In this document: piece after piece, positions 16,796 to 25,379 of the stretch
Layout of the letters: every line of letters begins with the position of its first letter
Position numbering within the stretch: position 1 is the first letter of the stretch
Assembly: GCA_030149205.1 (NCBI GenBank)
Contig: JASBSB010000003.1
Location: forward strand, 300,001 to 332,000
Direction of reading: 5' to 3'
Source: Candidatus Heimdallarchaeota archaeon
Lineage (GTDB): Archaea > Asgardarchaeota > Heimdallarchaeia > Heimdallarchaeales > Kariarchaeaceae
Length of the DNA: 32,000 nt
Notes under the pieces: model-generated
The model's input: only the letters and a program-made list of their open reading frames with translations
What the model was told of the DNA's origin: nothing
The model's database searches: none
Made by a program: the position numbers and the translations under genes

Positions 16796-16869
16796 CGGAT
16801 CTATAGGGATTTGAACCCTAGACCTTCCGCTCCGCAGGCGGACGTTCTTCCAAGCTGAACTACAGACCC
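16796..16869 (-). tRNA. tRNA-Arg(GCG), intronless, CCA not encoded
   Basis: Cloverleaf built by hand: acceptor GGGTCTG/TAGATCC, D stem GTTC/GAAC with GGA (A20), anticodon arm TCCGC-CTGCGGA-GCGGA, T arm TAGGG-TTCAAAT-CCCTA, discriminator G; 74 nt. Confidence 0.97.
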
Positions 16870-16963
16870 TATTATAGCTTATTCCTTAACTATTTCTAAG
16901 TTTCTATACATTTCTTCGTATCTATTTGCAATCATTAATTTAGTTGGGGTTGATGTTAAATTT

Positions 16964-17311
16964 ATGTTAAATCGTAATGATTCAAACCTAACTTGTTGGT
17001 TTTGTAAAAGCAAGCTCAATGAGAACAATCTGTTTTTGGATGAGAAAGAAGTTGAGGAGGTATTTACAAGCCTCTACCCAAAACTGGTCATTCACGAGGA
17101 TATTTCTCATGTTGGAGTCTGCATAATTTGTGCAGGATTACAAAAATACATTGCTCAAGACAGTGTTAAACTAAGGCTAAAGATGGGTGAGGCTGGAGAG
17201 ATCTTAAAAGATAAAGCTAGTGTGCTTTCCGGGAAATTAAAAAGTGGGGCATCACAGATTAGAAATAAAGTTCAAGAAAAAGTTAATGAAAAACAATCAA
17301 CTGAAGAATAA
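16964..17311 (+). CDS. Hypothetical C4 zinc-binding protein with helical C-terminus
   Basis: C11xxC14-x38-C53xxC56 followed by a Lys-rich amphipathic helix. Confidence 0.65.
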   Translation: MLNRNDSNLTCWFCKSKLNENNLFLDEKEVEEVFTSLYPKLVIHEDISHVGVCIICAGLQKYIAQDSVKLRLKMGEAGEILKDKASVLSGKLKSGASQIRNKVQEKVNEKQSTEE

Positions 17312-17312
17312 C

Positions 17313-18134
17313 TTACAATTGGTCACCTAAATACTTGACAACTGTTCTTTCTGAGATGACCCCTAATAACTTTCCATTTTCCAAAACTGGAGCTCCACCA
17401 ATTGAGTTGGAATTTAAGTAACTTATAGCTTCCAAAAGATTAGATGAGGCCTCAACTGATAATACATTTTTAGTGGATAAGAATTTTGCTGGGATAGTTG
17501 TTAGAAAATTTGGATTATTTTTTATCTCCTCTCTCTCTTTTGCAACCAGACTTGTGATATCGTTTGCAGAGATCAACCCACTTACATTGCCCTCTTCGTT
17601 TAAAGTTATCACACGAGTTACATGTTTTTCGCTAATCTCTTTCATTAAATTTAAAATTAAAGCCCCTTCATTACAGGTTAGAAAATCAACTTTCAGATAC
17701 TCTTTAATTGATGACAGTTTAACATTACTTAGTTCCTTTTCTTCATTCAGGTTTTTCAATATATCCCTTTCTGTTAATATACCCTGAAGACGGTCTTCTT
17801 CCTTACCAACAACCAAAAGAGATCCAATATTCTTCGAATGCATCAGTTTTATCGCATCCTTTAAATTACGGTCAAGGACAATTCTTATTGGATCAGGAGT
17901 CATAAACTCAGTAATTTTCGCTTTATATGCTTCTGGTAGTCCTAATCTCACGACAGCCCTCATTAGGTCAGTGACAGTAATAATACCATAAATTTTCCCT
18001 AGTTTTGTTATTGGTAGTCGTCTAAATTTACTTTGACCCATAATCAGGAATACTGAAAGCAAGGTTCTGTTTGGGGCACCTTCTGCAACATCATATTTTG
18101 TCGCAGCATCCCACACCGATATATTTGATAACAC
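17313..18134 (-). CDS. CBS-domain protein (four CBS repeats)
   Basis: Repeated LP/AP...GIITxxD, GILTERD, GLISAND and GVISERT motifs. Confidence 0.9.
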   Translation of the reverse strand: MLSNISVWDAATKYDVAEGAPNRTLLSVFLIMGQSKFRRLPITKLGKIYGIITVTDLMRAVVRLGLPEAYKAKITEFMTPDPIRIVLDRNLKDAIKLMHSKNIGSLLVVGKEEDRLQGILTERDILKNLNEEKELSNVKLSSIKEYLKVDFLTCNEGALILNLMKEISEKHVTRVITLNEEGNVSGLISANDITSLVAKEREEIKNNPNFLTTIPAKFLSTKNVLSVEASSNLLEAISYLNSNSIGGAPVLENGKLLGVISERTVVKYLGDQL

Positions 18135-18198
18135 TTTAACTCAAAAACTCCGTTGTTAGATTGAAAACAACAATCGATAATAGGGCAATTTAATAAAC

Positions 18199-18208
18199 TT
18201 TTATAAAA
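18199..18208. promoter_or_regulatory. Palindromic TATA element TTTTATAAAA, possibly bidirectional
   Basis: Self-complementary TATA-like decamer between the divergent CBS and TPR-like genes. Confidence 0.45.
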
Positions 18209-18314
18209 TTTGTTTACTGTTTGCTAGTTTGTTGTTCCGATTTTAAATCTTTTAAGTTTCTTTAATTCGAGAAGGTAATAACTCAGTTAAATAATACAAA
18301 TATTGTTGTATAGC

Positions 18315-18995
18315 ATGGAACCCTCTCTTAACGAGGTTATAGATGAGGCTAATGCGCATTTTGAGACTGGAAGATACAAGGATGCTGCAAAGACACTAAA
18401 GCACATAGTTGATAGACTCATCAAGGAGAAAAACTACATCGATGCTGTGTATTACTTGTACAAGCAACTGATAGCCTGGGATGCAATTAAAGAAAGAGAA
18501 GAGATAGCAGACACATATTTTAAACTCGGTATGATTGGAATTCAACAAGGAATACAATTGTCCATGCAAAATGTTGAATCAACACCAATACTAAGATCCA
18601 AATTACAAAATTTGAATGCTACAAGAAAATTTATCTCGAAATTAAATTCTCAATCTACACAGTTAGATGAATTAAACAAAACAACAACCCAATTAATGTA
18701 TGACGTATTACAATCACTCATTGATGAACACGATATTTCAATAGATGAAAAAATTGAGTTTCTTAGAAAAATTATTGAATTATCTGACGAAATTGATAAG
18801 GGAGAAAAATCAAATTATGAAAAAGCACTTGCTACCCTTTTTAAAGAGAAAGGAACTGAGTTGTTAAATGATCAAAATGAATTTAGCAAAGAAATGGGTT
18901 TGTCTTGGTTAAATAAGTCACTTGAAATTTTTAAAAGGACTAAAAGCTCAAAAGAGGTTGCTGAAATACAAGGTCTACTTAAAAAGTACAATTAA
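18315..18995 (+). CDS. All-helical TPR-like repeat protein
   Basis: ANAHFETGRYKDAAK, EIADTYFKLG and C-terminal A.LFKEKG...LNKSLEIFK repeats; ATG at 18315 preferred over TTG at 18303. Confidence 0.65.
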   Translation: MEPSLNEVIDEANAHFETGRYKDAAKTLKHIVDRLIKEKNYIDAVYYLYKQLIAWDAIKEREEIADTYFKLGMIGIQQGIQLSMQNVESTPILRSKLQNLNATRKFISKLNSQSTQLDELNKTTTQLMYDVLQSLIDEHDISIDEKIEFLRKIIELSDEIDKGEKSNYEKALATLFKEKGTELLNDQNEFSKEMGLSWLNKSLEIFKRTKSSKEVAEIQGLLKKYN

Positions 18996-20881
18996 ATTTT
19001 GTTATATTTTGTATAGAAATAAATTATCACTGCAACTGGAATTACTAATCCAAGAACTACCAACACCATATTTAAATCGCTTAAAGAGTTGTAAGTGGGT
19101 AAAGGTTTTGAGATAAACATGGCCTGAGATTTTGTAGTCGCAAACCCATAGCCATAGCTTGATGATAAAATATCAACCGTAAACCATCCAAATGTTTGCA
19201 TTTTCAATTCACCGACAAATGATCCATTTTGTTCAGGTAATAAGGTCACGTGAGTGATTGGTGAACCAGCACGTCGCACAGTTATCTGGACTGAAACTGC
19301 CTGGTTGAGTGGGGTGAAGAAGTTATTTGTGACATTCGCTGTTAATCTAATAGTCGTTCCTAATGATGTATTATGAGTTGACATCACAAATGAATTTAGG
19401 TTTAACCTATAAATCTGCCCAGCACTCCAGGGCATCATCCTAAGGAGATATTTAAAGTTTCCATCCTTCGATATGAAATTATTTGAGATTAAGTTAGCTG
19501 GAAGTAAGCTTATTCTCCCACCAAATTCAAGATCTGTGGTGGAGGCTAAAGTCAGGTTGTCATTTAAAACGGTTTTATCGTCCGCTTTTTTGTTACCATT
19601 TGAATCGTAAATTAAATTGCTCTGGGTGAACATTGGGTAAGTCATCCCTCGTTGATCCAAAACATAACCACCTGAATGTACCGTTGTGAGGTTTAATGCA
19701 AAACTGGAATCAAAGCTGACATTTGATGGTACAGCATTTGTAAATGTCGAATTTCCTTTTAAAAATGGTAGTTTCTGGTTAAATCCTGTCAGGTTTAGTG
19801 AGGTTTGGTTCTTTTGAAGAACTACATTGTTTAGAAGCTGGATATTAAGTTTTGAGGTGATTGATTGGGATGAACTAAGTGAGGAGGATGAGTCTGTTGA
19901 AAGAAAAACCATAGCATGCCCACCGTTCTTAACAAAGTTAATCAACCCATCAATGTAATTCTGAGAGTATCCATTTTTAGAGATGGAGACTATAACAAGA
20001 GCATTCTTATCAAAAGTCTTGTTAAAGATACTGTCTACGGTGTTTACTGTTAGATTGAACCCATATGCATTGAATAGATTGACTAAAGATGGATTAGCAC
20101 TCCCACCAATGTTTTCAAAGTAAACTTTAGTATTGGCCTCTCGAGGTGCTTTTGCAAACCCTGTTCCTGTTGAATTTAATCTAACCTGAAACCATTTAGT
20201 TGTTACAGCAGTGCTGAAATTAGCAGTGGCAGATTGGTTAAACCAACTAACGAATCTAAACTGTAAAACACCAGTATTATTGATGTTGAAATCATGTCCT
20301 TTTAGGTCAGATCCATATAATGGTTTGGTAAATTCATAACCAACTTGACCTGTTGAATTGATTTTGAGACGTTTACCACTGCCATTTTGAGTCCCATTTG
20401 CAGACACATCATAAGTAAATGGTTTAGAAGTATTTGTAGACGTAAAGGCATCAATCGCTGATGTATTGTACTGATCGATGACCATCACATCATCTGGTGA
20501 GGCTTTTGTCCCAAGATTAGCGGTATCCAGATTATTATCGATCTGCAATGCCATGAAGTCATGAGTTTGGTTAACTGGGTTTGAGGCATTAACAGGAATA
20601 AATTTAGGATTTGTGAAATTTAATGCAAAGTAAAGATTCGAGGTGTTTGTTGAAGTCACATAGACACTGGCTGGAAAGTTCCCAAGTGTTCCGTTAAAGC
20701 TAGCGCTATTTTGCCACTCTGATGTGGTAACATTCCCATCTAATGTGGGTGGAGCAGTAACAGGTAATATCTGTGAGGGATTACTTGAAACTATGTAAAC
20801 ATTTTGAACTGCTGAAGTTACTAACAATGCAACAACCAGTGTTACAAGCATAACTCCTCTTGCTTTCATCTTAACTTTCAT
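18992..20881 (-). CDS. Secreted membrane-anchored protein: DOMON/CBM9-like + GIFT/DUF4350-like + Ig-like domains
   Basis: Signal peptide; PTLDGNVTTSEW...LYFAL...GYEFTKPL; LINFVKNGGHAMV...GGRISL...SNNFI...N...W; C-terminal TM helix. Confidence 0.65.
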   Translation of the reverse strand: MKVKMKARGVMLVTLVVALLVTSAVQNVYIVSSNPSQILPVTAPPTLDGNVTTSEWQNSASFNGTLGNFPASVYVTSTNTSNLYFALNFTNPKFIPVNASNPVNQTHDFMALQIDNNLDTANLGTKASPDDVMVIDQYNTSAIDAFTSTNTSKPFTYDVSANGTQNGSGKRLKINSTGQVGYEFTKPLYGSDLKGHDFNINNTGVLQFRFVSWFNQSATANFSTAVTTKWFQVRLNSTGTGFAKAPREANTKVYFENIGGSANPSLVNLFNAYGFNLTVNTVDSIFNKTFDKNALVIVSISKNGYSQNYIDGLINFVKNGGHAMVFLSTDSSSSLSSSQSITSKLNIQLLNNVVLQKNQTSLNLTGFNQKLPFLKGNSTFTNAVPSNVSFDSSFALNLTTVHSGGYVLDQRGMTYPMFTQSNLIYDSNGNKKADDKTVLNDNLTLASTTDLEFGGRISLLPANLISNNFISKDGNFKYLLRMMPWSAGQIYRLNLNSFVMSTHNTSLGTTIRLTANVTNNFFTPLNQAVSVQITVRRAGSPITHVTLLPEQNGSFVGELKMQTFGWFTVDILSSSYGYGFATTKSQAMFISKPLPTYNSLSDLNMVLVVLGLVIPVAVIIYFYTKYNKI

Positions 20882-21001
20882 TATAATTTCACTCTTAGTA
20901 AGTTGATGTTCTTAATCTCGTTTTTAAATGGTGTTTTTAATTCTAGGTGAAGTTAACAATGTATTGGTTCTTTTCTTTTTGAAACTCAAACTTTCTACTA
21001 T

Positions 21002-22183
21002 CTATTCAAAAAGAACCTTCTCTCTAGACATCGCCTTAACTGATCCACGGAGCAATAGCAAATTGAAAAGAAGTATTGCCAAAATGTATAATATGGTGTT
21101 TAGCAAATTTTCCTTAAATATTATATTAATCACTGCACGATACGGCCAAAAGTATGGGTTCACATATTGAGCAATACCCGTGGATAACGGATCCACCAGC
21201 AGGGAGATGTAAAAAAGAAAAGTTAGACCTATATTTAAGTATCCGGAAATTCTGTCACCTGATTCCCTCCCAAAAAATAATTGAAAAAAGAGAGTGAAAT
21301 TCATATTCATAAAGCTAAGTATCAGGAATAAGATTATAAGAAGGGTTAAAACTAGTGGATCATATAATATAGACGATTGGATAACAAAAGGATTAGAAAA
21401 CGATGTTCCAGATGCTTGGTTGACCGATCCAGCAAATAATAATCCAAACAGGTAACTTAGCGGGATACTTACACCAAATAAAGTCCCTATCAATAGCTTT
21501 GACATAATTAGGTTGTTCCTGTTCTTTACTGAATACAGAAGTAATTCCATCATATTAGACTGTTTTTCCTTTGCAAATGAAACAAACCTTACGAAGGATG
21601 ACCCCATCATCAGAACCAAAAAAATCATATAAACTAGAGGAAAAGCTAAATTTCCTTTGATTGAAATTTCTTTCTGCTTCAGTTGCTCAATTGAGTTCTT
21701 ATAAACAGATACGTCAATCTTAGGTAAATCGGTTATGTTTAAAATTTTTAAGAATTGTTGGTAGATAAAGGGCTGTATTTCCTTACCAAAGATAGATGAA
21801 ACTCTAATGTCACTAGAAGATTCTCGAAAAAAATACTGTAACTTATGATCCTTTATTGCAACGGTAGAAAAGTTCTGGGGGAACCATATCCCGTTTGTTG
21901 AATTTGAAAACTTTCCAAAGCTGTTTACTTCTTCAAATTTGACTGTTGAACTGTTAAAATTAGTTTGGAGCTGACCTGTCATAAATTTTCCAAGTTTTAA
22001 ACTTGAATTAATCCCAATATCCTGATTATAGACTACAACTGTTATTGGTGCTTGTTGCGTTATTAATGTTGGAGAAATTGCCAAAAATGTGATGAATAAC
22101 ATTGGGATCAAAATTGTTAAAATTATCGCCCGTTGCTTTAACAAGCTTTTGAACTCATAGAATAGGAGAGTGGAAAGTTCCAT
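21002..22183 (-). CDS. ABC-2 type exporter permease
   Basis: YEFKSLLKQR, one TM helix, extracellular domain (VVYNQD), FAKEKQSNMMELLLYS, then further TM helices and NPYFW. Confidence 0.88.
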   Translation of the reverse strand: MELSTLLFYEFKSLLKQRAIILTILIPMLFITFLAISPTLITQQAPITVVVYNQDIGINSSLKLGKFMTGQLQTNFNSSTVKFEEVNSFGKFSNSTNGIWFPQNFSTVAIKDHKLQYFFRESSSDIRVSSIFGKEIQPFIYQQFLKILNITDLPKIDVSVYKNSIEQLKQKEISIKGNLAFPLVYMIFLVLMMGSSFVRFVSFAKEKQSNMMELLLYSVKNRNNLIMSKLLIGTLFGVSIPLSYLFGLLFAGSVNQASGTSFSNPFVIQSSILYDPLVLTLLIILFLILSFMNMNFTLFFQLFFGRESGDRISGYLNIGLTFLFYISLLVDPLSTGIAQYVNPYFWPYRAVINIIFKENLLNTILYILAILLFNLLLLRGSVKAMSREKVLFE

Positions 22184-22926
22184 CAGCTCTCACCCTCAAA
22201 TGCTACAATTAACGCCTCATCTAAACTAGAGTCAGGAGCAAAATGGTTTTTGATATCTTCTTTCGTTCCTTCCATAATGGTTTGACCATTTCTAATAATA
22301 ACCATATGATTTGCAAGATTCTCAATATCAGATAAGATGTGTGATGACATCACCACGGTCTTTCCCATTTCAACTTCTGATTTAATAAGCCTCCTGACTC
22401 TTGAAGCCCTCTGAAGATCAAGACCTGCAGTAGGCTCATCCAAAACCAATATTGGTTTGTTAAGAATTAGTGCCCTAATAAGACTGAAAGCCCGTTTCTC
22501 TCCACCTGAAAGTTTTCCCCAATCTTGAGGAAGCAATTCAGTCATCTTCAACTGATCAGTGTAGCTTATTATAAGAGGCAGCACATCCTTATCATTTAAT
22601 TTGTTTAATTTAGTTATCAATAAGATATTATCCTTAACTGTGAGCGATTTATAACCTGCATCCTCCTGAGGAACGAATGCCACTTTATCCCGGATTTTTG
22701 CTGCTGACGAAGTCACTGAGAGATTATCGACTAGTATATCCCCATGATCTAGCTTAAGTAGACCGAGTAAACATCTGACTGCTGTCGTTTTTCCCGCACC
22801 GTTTGGACCAAGAAGAACGTTAACTTGACCAGAGTAGAAGTGAAAGCTTAGACTGTTTAAAATGAATTTCGAATTCAAAGATTTTCTTACTTGATCAAAC
22901 ACGATTGAATAAGAAGATTTCAACAA
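22183..22926 (-). CDS. ABC transporter ATP-binding protein
   Basis: GPNGAGKTT, LSGGEKR, LDEPTAGLD, SSH; its stop overlaps the permease ATG (TGATG). Confidence 0.95.
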   Translation of the reverse strand: MLKSSYSIVFDQVRKSLNSKFILNSLSFHFYSGQVNVLLGPNGAGKTTAVRCLLGLLKLDHGDILVDNLSVTSSAAKIRDKVAFVPQEDAGYKSLTVKDNILLITKLNKLNDKDVLPLIISYTDQLKMTELLPQDWGKLSGGEKRAFSLIRALILNKPILVLDEPTAGLDLQRASRVRRLIKSEVEMGKTVVMSSHILSDIENLANHMVIIRNGQTIMEGTKEDIKNHFAPDSSLDEALIVAFEGES

Positions 22927-23024
22927 TCTCAGAATTAGAGTATCTTCTTAAATTTCTAGAATGATAACCTAAGGAATTAATTAGAAGAACTTAGATTCAA
23001 ATTAAAGTTTAGATTAAAATTGTA

Positions 23025-23375
23025 TCATTCAATAGGGTCTGGTTTCTTTCTTTCTCTTCTGTGCATATGTATTTTCTTTGTTGGATCATTAATTGGAATG
23101 AAATCGGTTTGAAGTATCCTATCTGCTAGCTCAGCAGAAAATGCACCTTTCCAAATCAAACCTGCTCGAAATTGTATTTTACATTCATCACAATAACGTG
23201 TTCTTGTTTTGATATTCAACCATAGCCTGGCCTCAGTTCCATTTTTGAAGCAATGATCACAGTAATTTCCTGCTCGAATTGTCGCAACTTCCCTAGTTGT
23301 GCAGCTATCACATTTCCCTGGTCTTGCAATAGGTCTCAAGCAACCTTCACATAAATATTGTCCATAGAGCGGCAT
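23025..23375 (-). CDS. Hypothetical protein with four CxxC pairs
   Basis: CEGC, CDSC, CDHC, CDEC; basic C-terminal tail. Confidence 0.65.
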   Translation of the reverse strand: MPLYGQYLCEGCLRPIARPGKCDSCTTREVATIRAGNYCDHCFKNGTEARLWLNIKTRTRYCDECKIQFRAGLIWKGAFSAELADRILQTDFIPINDPTKKIHMHRRERKKPDPIE

Positions 23376-23453
23376 TTTGATGTCCTTTGTATATTTATTG
23401 TTGGGGAGTTATTTAAACAATACTATAGGAGGTACAATCTAGACGTGTATCTA

Positions 23454-24065
23454 TTATCTAACCATAGTTGAGTTTGTAAAAATTTCGGGTTCGTCATTCT
23501 TAAATTTGTAAGTAAGTTCCATACCTCTTCCCAGAGGAATCAATACAGAGTTAGTCTTCGGGTTGTCTCTAACCTTTTCGATATAATCTCTAGCTTCTTC
23601 AAAATTAACTAGTGTTCCATGGGCAACTATAGTTCCTCCTGGTATTAGCTTTGGGAAGAATCGATTTAGGTGAGAAACAAAATCCCTCGTTTCAGTATCA
23701 AGAAATACAAAATCAGATTCAGGGATTTCAGCACTTTCAATCGATTCATTATGGAATGTTACAAATTTGCTTAGGCCTGCTTTCTCAATATTCATCTTAG
23801 CTTTTTCAATTAATTCAGTATCTTTTTCAAAGGTATGAACATGACCCGAATTTGATTGGGCTACTAATGCTAACCAAACAGTAGAATAACCAACTGAAGT
23901 ACCAAGTTCAAGTATCTTAGTTGAGCCCAACCCCCTAACTAGGACACTTAAAAATTCACCTATATCCCTTGAAATAGACCTGTTTAACTTCCCTTTAAGG
24001 TTATTCGATCTTTGTTTATCGTCTTCTTTTTCTAACAATTCCAAAACGTCGAGTGTCGTTTGCAT
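23454..24065 (-). CDS. Class I SAM-dependent O-methyltransferase (YrrM/caffeoyl-CoA OMT-like)
   Basis: ILELGTSVGYST, FEKD, DFVFLD, GGTIVAH, LIPLGRGM. Confidence 0.85.
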   Translation of the reverse strand: MQTTLDVLELLEKEDDKQRSNNLKGKLNRSISRDIGEFLSVLVRGLGSTKILELGTSVGYSTVWLALVAQSNSGHVHTFEKDTELIEKAKMNIEKAGLSKFVTFHNESIESAEIPESDFVFLDTETRDFVSHLNRFFPKLIPGGTIVAHGTLVNFEEARDYIEKVRDNPKTNSVLIPLGRGMELTYKFKNDEPEIFTNSTMVR

Positions 24066-24193
24066 AGGATCTGATTCTTGTAAATTATTTATTCCTTGCG
24101 TCTTGAAGAATTGGAATTGTTAGATATAAGACATTGATTATTCTATTAGAATTAATTTGTATAATTTAATGTTTATTTATACTTAAATTTTTA

Positions 24194-25057
24194 CTATGCC
24201 CTGATTGGTTTTGAGGTTATCCCAGATAGAGCGGCAGACATTTGGATCCTTTTGTACAATAGGAAAACGACCACCCAATAAAAAAGGTATGCTCCAATTT
24301 CGAGTAACGAAGGATTCGATTTGTATCCAAACAGTGTTCTTAAGATAGGTCCAATAATTCCAGTTTTATGCGATAAGGGTAAGACAAATAATGGAACATT
24401 CCAAAACAGACTTCCACTCCCAAACAAGAATGCTTCTTGAAACTCATGGATCCCAACTGAAAACATTCCAGCTGCGAAGATTACTAAAATAATGCTAGTA
24501 ACATTGAAAAATTGCTTGAGATTAAGTTTTAAGACCCCCTTGAAGAAGAAAACTGAAATCAACGTTGCAGTAATAATACCTATGAAAGTTGATGTCCAAA
24601 CAGCAGTTGGATTTTCCTTTGTTGAGATACCTGCAATGAAAAGAGCACTCTCAACACCTTCTCTGAAAACAGCCACGAACGCAAGAGAAATTATGGCGTA
24701 TTTGTTTTTCCCTGACATTGCAAGATCCATTTTTTCAATTAATTCTGATTTCATGACCCTTCCATGCTTCATCATCCAAACAATCATCCAACCAAGGACC
24801 AAAGAAGCCAATATAAGGGCACCACCTTCAAAATATAATGCTTGAACACCAGTGAAACCTCCTAAGAACACACTAAATAAATAAGCTAAAATTCCAGATA
24901 TAACAGCAGCAGAGAGGGCACCAAACCAAACCTGATTTTTGAGGGATGAAGGAGCCTCAGTTTTTTTTAGGTAAGCTAGAAGAATACTAATTATCAGAGC
25001 AGCTTCTAGGGTCTCTCTAAGCATCAAAACAAATGCAGTAATTGAAAATATTTCCAT
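24194..25057 (-). CDS. FTR1/EfeU-family high-affinity iron permease
   Basis: Two RExxE motifs (LRETLE, FREGVE), about 7 TM helices, AAGMFSVGIHEFQEA. ATG at 25057; GTG at 25069 also possible. Confidence 0.93.
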   Translation of the reverse strand: MEIFSITAFVLMLRETLEAALIISILLAYLKKTEAPSSLKNQVWFGALSAAVISGILAYLFSVFLGGFTGVQALYFEGGALILASLVLGWMIVWMMKHGRVMKSELIEKMDLAMSGKNKYAIISLAFVAVFREGVESALFIAGISTKENPTAVWTSTFIGIITATLISVFFFKGVLKLNLKQFFNVTSIILVIFAAGMFSVGIHEFQEAFLFGSGSLFWNVPLFVLPLSHKTGIIGPILRTLFGYKSNPSLLEIGAYLFYWVVVFLLYKRIQMSAALSGITSKPIRA

Positions 25058-25074
25058 ATTTTTTGTCACAACCT

Positions 25075-25090
25075 TTTCGGGTACCCGAAA
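25075..25090. promoter_or_regulatory. Perfect 16-bp palindrome TTTCGGGTACCCGAAA, candidate operator (copy 1)
   Basis: Directly visible; lies between the permease start and its TATA box. Confidence 0.65.
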
Positions 25091-25127
25091 CTAAATTGGT
25101 TTTCTAATTATACTCAATGAAATACAA

Positions 25128-25135
25128 TATATAAA
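25128..25135 (-). promoter_or_regulatory. TATA box (TTTATATA) for the iron permease
   Basis: Matches the archaeal TTTAWATA consensus on the minus strand about 70 nt upstream of the ATG. Confidence 0.5.
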
Positions 25136-25215
25136 GCATAAGATTAGAACATTTATCATCACGCTTCACAATTGCGTAATTAAGGAATTTTTTAAAGAAT
25201 TAGTATGAAAACAGA

Positions 25216-25235
25216 AAATTCGGGTATCCGATTTT
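25216..25235. promoter_or_regulatory. Second copy of the candidate operator (core TTCGGGTATCCGAT)
   Basis: 12/14 identical to the copy 1 core, with dyad-symmetric AAA/TTT flanks. Confidence 0.55.
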
Positions 25236-25379
25236 ATGAAATTGTGTTACCTTTTTGTAAGTAATTTTTCATGATGTGATACAATTTCAGTTACTCCTTT
25301 GAATTTAATGCAATAAATTTGGAAGTTATACAACTTTTTTAAAATTAGACACATTACAGCTATCTATTAAAAACAGGAT

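Noticed and set aside
16796-16830. tRNA-Arg 3' end as an attachment site for an integrated element
   Set aside because: No duplicate of the tRNA 3' end and no integrase were found in the window.
18315-18995. alpha-SNAP homolog (eukaryotic signature protein)
   Set aside because: Only generic TPR-like helical periodicity is visible; there is no specific SNAP motif to support the call without a profile search.
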